Origin: Phoronis australis
Taxonomy: Eukaryota; Animalia; Phoronida
Direction: 5' to 3'
Length of the DNA: 64,000 bases
Assembly: GCA_002633005.1 (NCBI GenBank)
Contig: NMRA01000671.1
Coordinates: 99,916-163,915, forward strand
Position 1 is the first letter of the stretch. Each line of letters begins with the position of its first letter. A program made the translations under genes and the position numbers. Positions 63,226-64,000 of the stretch are shown piece after piece. Below the pieces are notes generated by a model, which searched no databases, was not told the DNA's origin, and saw nothing but the letters and a program-made list of their open reading frames with translations.

Positions 63226-63657
63226 TTTTGTTCCACATGGAGGGCGTGGCGTCACAATAACGCCTGTGTGATGCTATGAAGGGGATATAATTGTTATCAG
63301 TGACATCTATTGTTTCAGTTACTTGCATGGATGGAAGTCATTATGAATCAGCTGCACAACTAGGTCTATATTTAGTTTTAGACAGAGTTTTAAAGGGCGT
63401 CCCAATCATGGGACATTGGGTTGAAATGGGGGAAACAGCCCTGCTTGTATTTAAGTGATATCAGCTAGACCAGTGGTTTTCTCAGATCGACCCTGGAAAC
63501 TTCACAGTTGGAACCGAATTCTGGACTGACGGAGCAAAATTCAACAGATTGTTTTACGTGTAAGCTTGTTTAATTGTTATTTAAGGCACCGTATATGATT
63601 CCAAGTACGAATGTCATGTGGACAACAAACAGAATGAAAGCGCTCCGAGGAGCGAAC

Positions 63658-63968
63658 CTTGGCGAAATTAACCAAAAAGATGACGATAAAGATGATGACG
63701 AAGATGACGAATATGACGACGATGGCGAACAAAAGAAGTATTAATAACATACACATGACGAACATAGAAGTCCGAAATCAGTAAGAAAAAGGCTACAGTC
63801 TTGTGCGACACTTGGCGAAATTAACGGAAAAGACAACGACGGAGATGATGAAGAAGATGATGACGATGATGACGAATATGATGATGGTGGTGGCGATGAT
63901 GAACAACATCACAACATTCATATGATGAACTTAGATGTCATAAATCAATAAGAAATAGGCTACAGTCT
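63658..63968 (+). repeat. ~155-bp tandem repeat with GATGAC-rich core
   Basis: CTTGGCGAAATTAAC...GGCTACAGTCT twice. Confidence 0.85.
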
Positions 63969-64000
63969 AGTTCAATAGAAGATAAACCAACATCAATGCA

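Larger units (their letters stand above)
58826..63430 (-). mobile_element. piggyBac DNA transposon (PGBD3-like), decayed, with nested HINE
   Basis: Ends CCCATTTACTCCCA (58826) and TGGGTTGAAATGGG (63430) are imperfect inverted repeats; GGAA directly flanks both ends; internal palindromes GTCCCA-TTAA-TGGGAC; transposase fragments inside. Confidence 0.9.

Noticed and set aside
63486-63559. Exon-like segment with ttctcag acceptor and gtaagc donor after the piggyBac
   Set aside because: In the required phase it encodes RSTLETSQLEP..., which does not continue the VWD motif; unsupported without transcripts.
63577-63765. Very hydrophobic 62-aa ORF on the - strand
   Set aside because: Antisense translation of the GATGAC-rich tandem repeat.

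Overview
AT-rich, intron- and transposon-rich animal genomic DNA, probably a marine invertebrate (inferred from the repeat families; the species cannot be identified here). It is not prokaryotic, and most short ORFs in the track are noise. One host gene is supported on the + strand: seven phase-consistent exons from 25633 to 58812 encode a cysteine-rich UMOD/GP2/OIT3-type D8C domain, a linker region and the start of a VWD domain (VWDE-like protein). One of its introns appears to be GC-AG, its first exon is not securely found, and it continues past the last identified exon. The rest is layered mobile DNA: a decayed PGBD3-like piggyBac flanked by GGAA rather than TTAA, three non-autonomous Helentron-type (HINE) loci whose internal repeats carry CTCF-like motifs, a decayed RTE-X-like LINE plus a second RT relic, Kolobok-like THAP/P2X7-tail relics, Academ- and ISL2EU-like relics, several MITEs, and two inverted copies of a ~2.5 kb element about 38 kb apart. 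The most striking sequence-level signal is many TACATGTA octamers; several correspond to plain TA in paralogous copies, as expected for Tc1/mariner excision footprints. All alignments and translations were done by eye, so element boundaries are approximate unless TIRs or TSDs are quoted.
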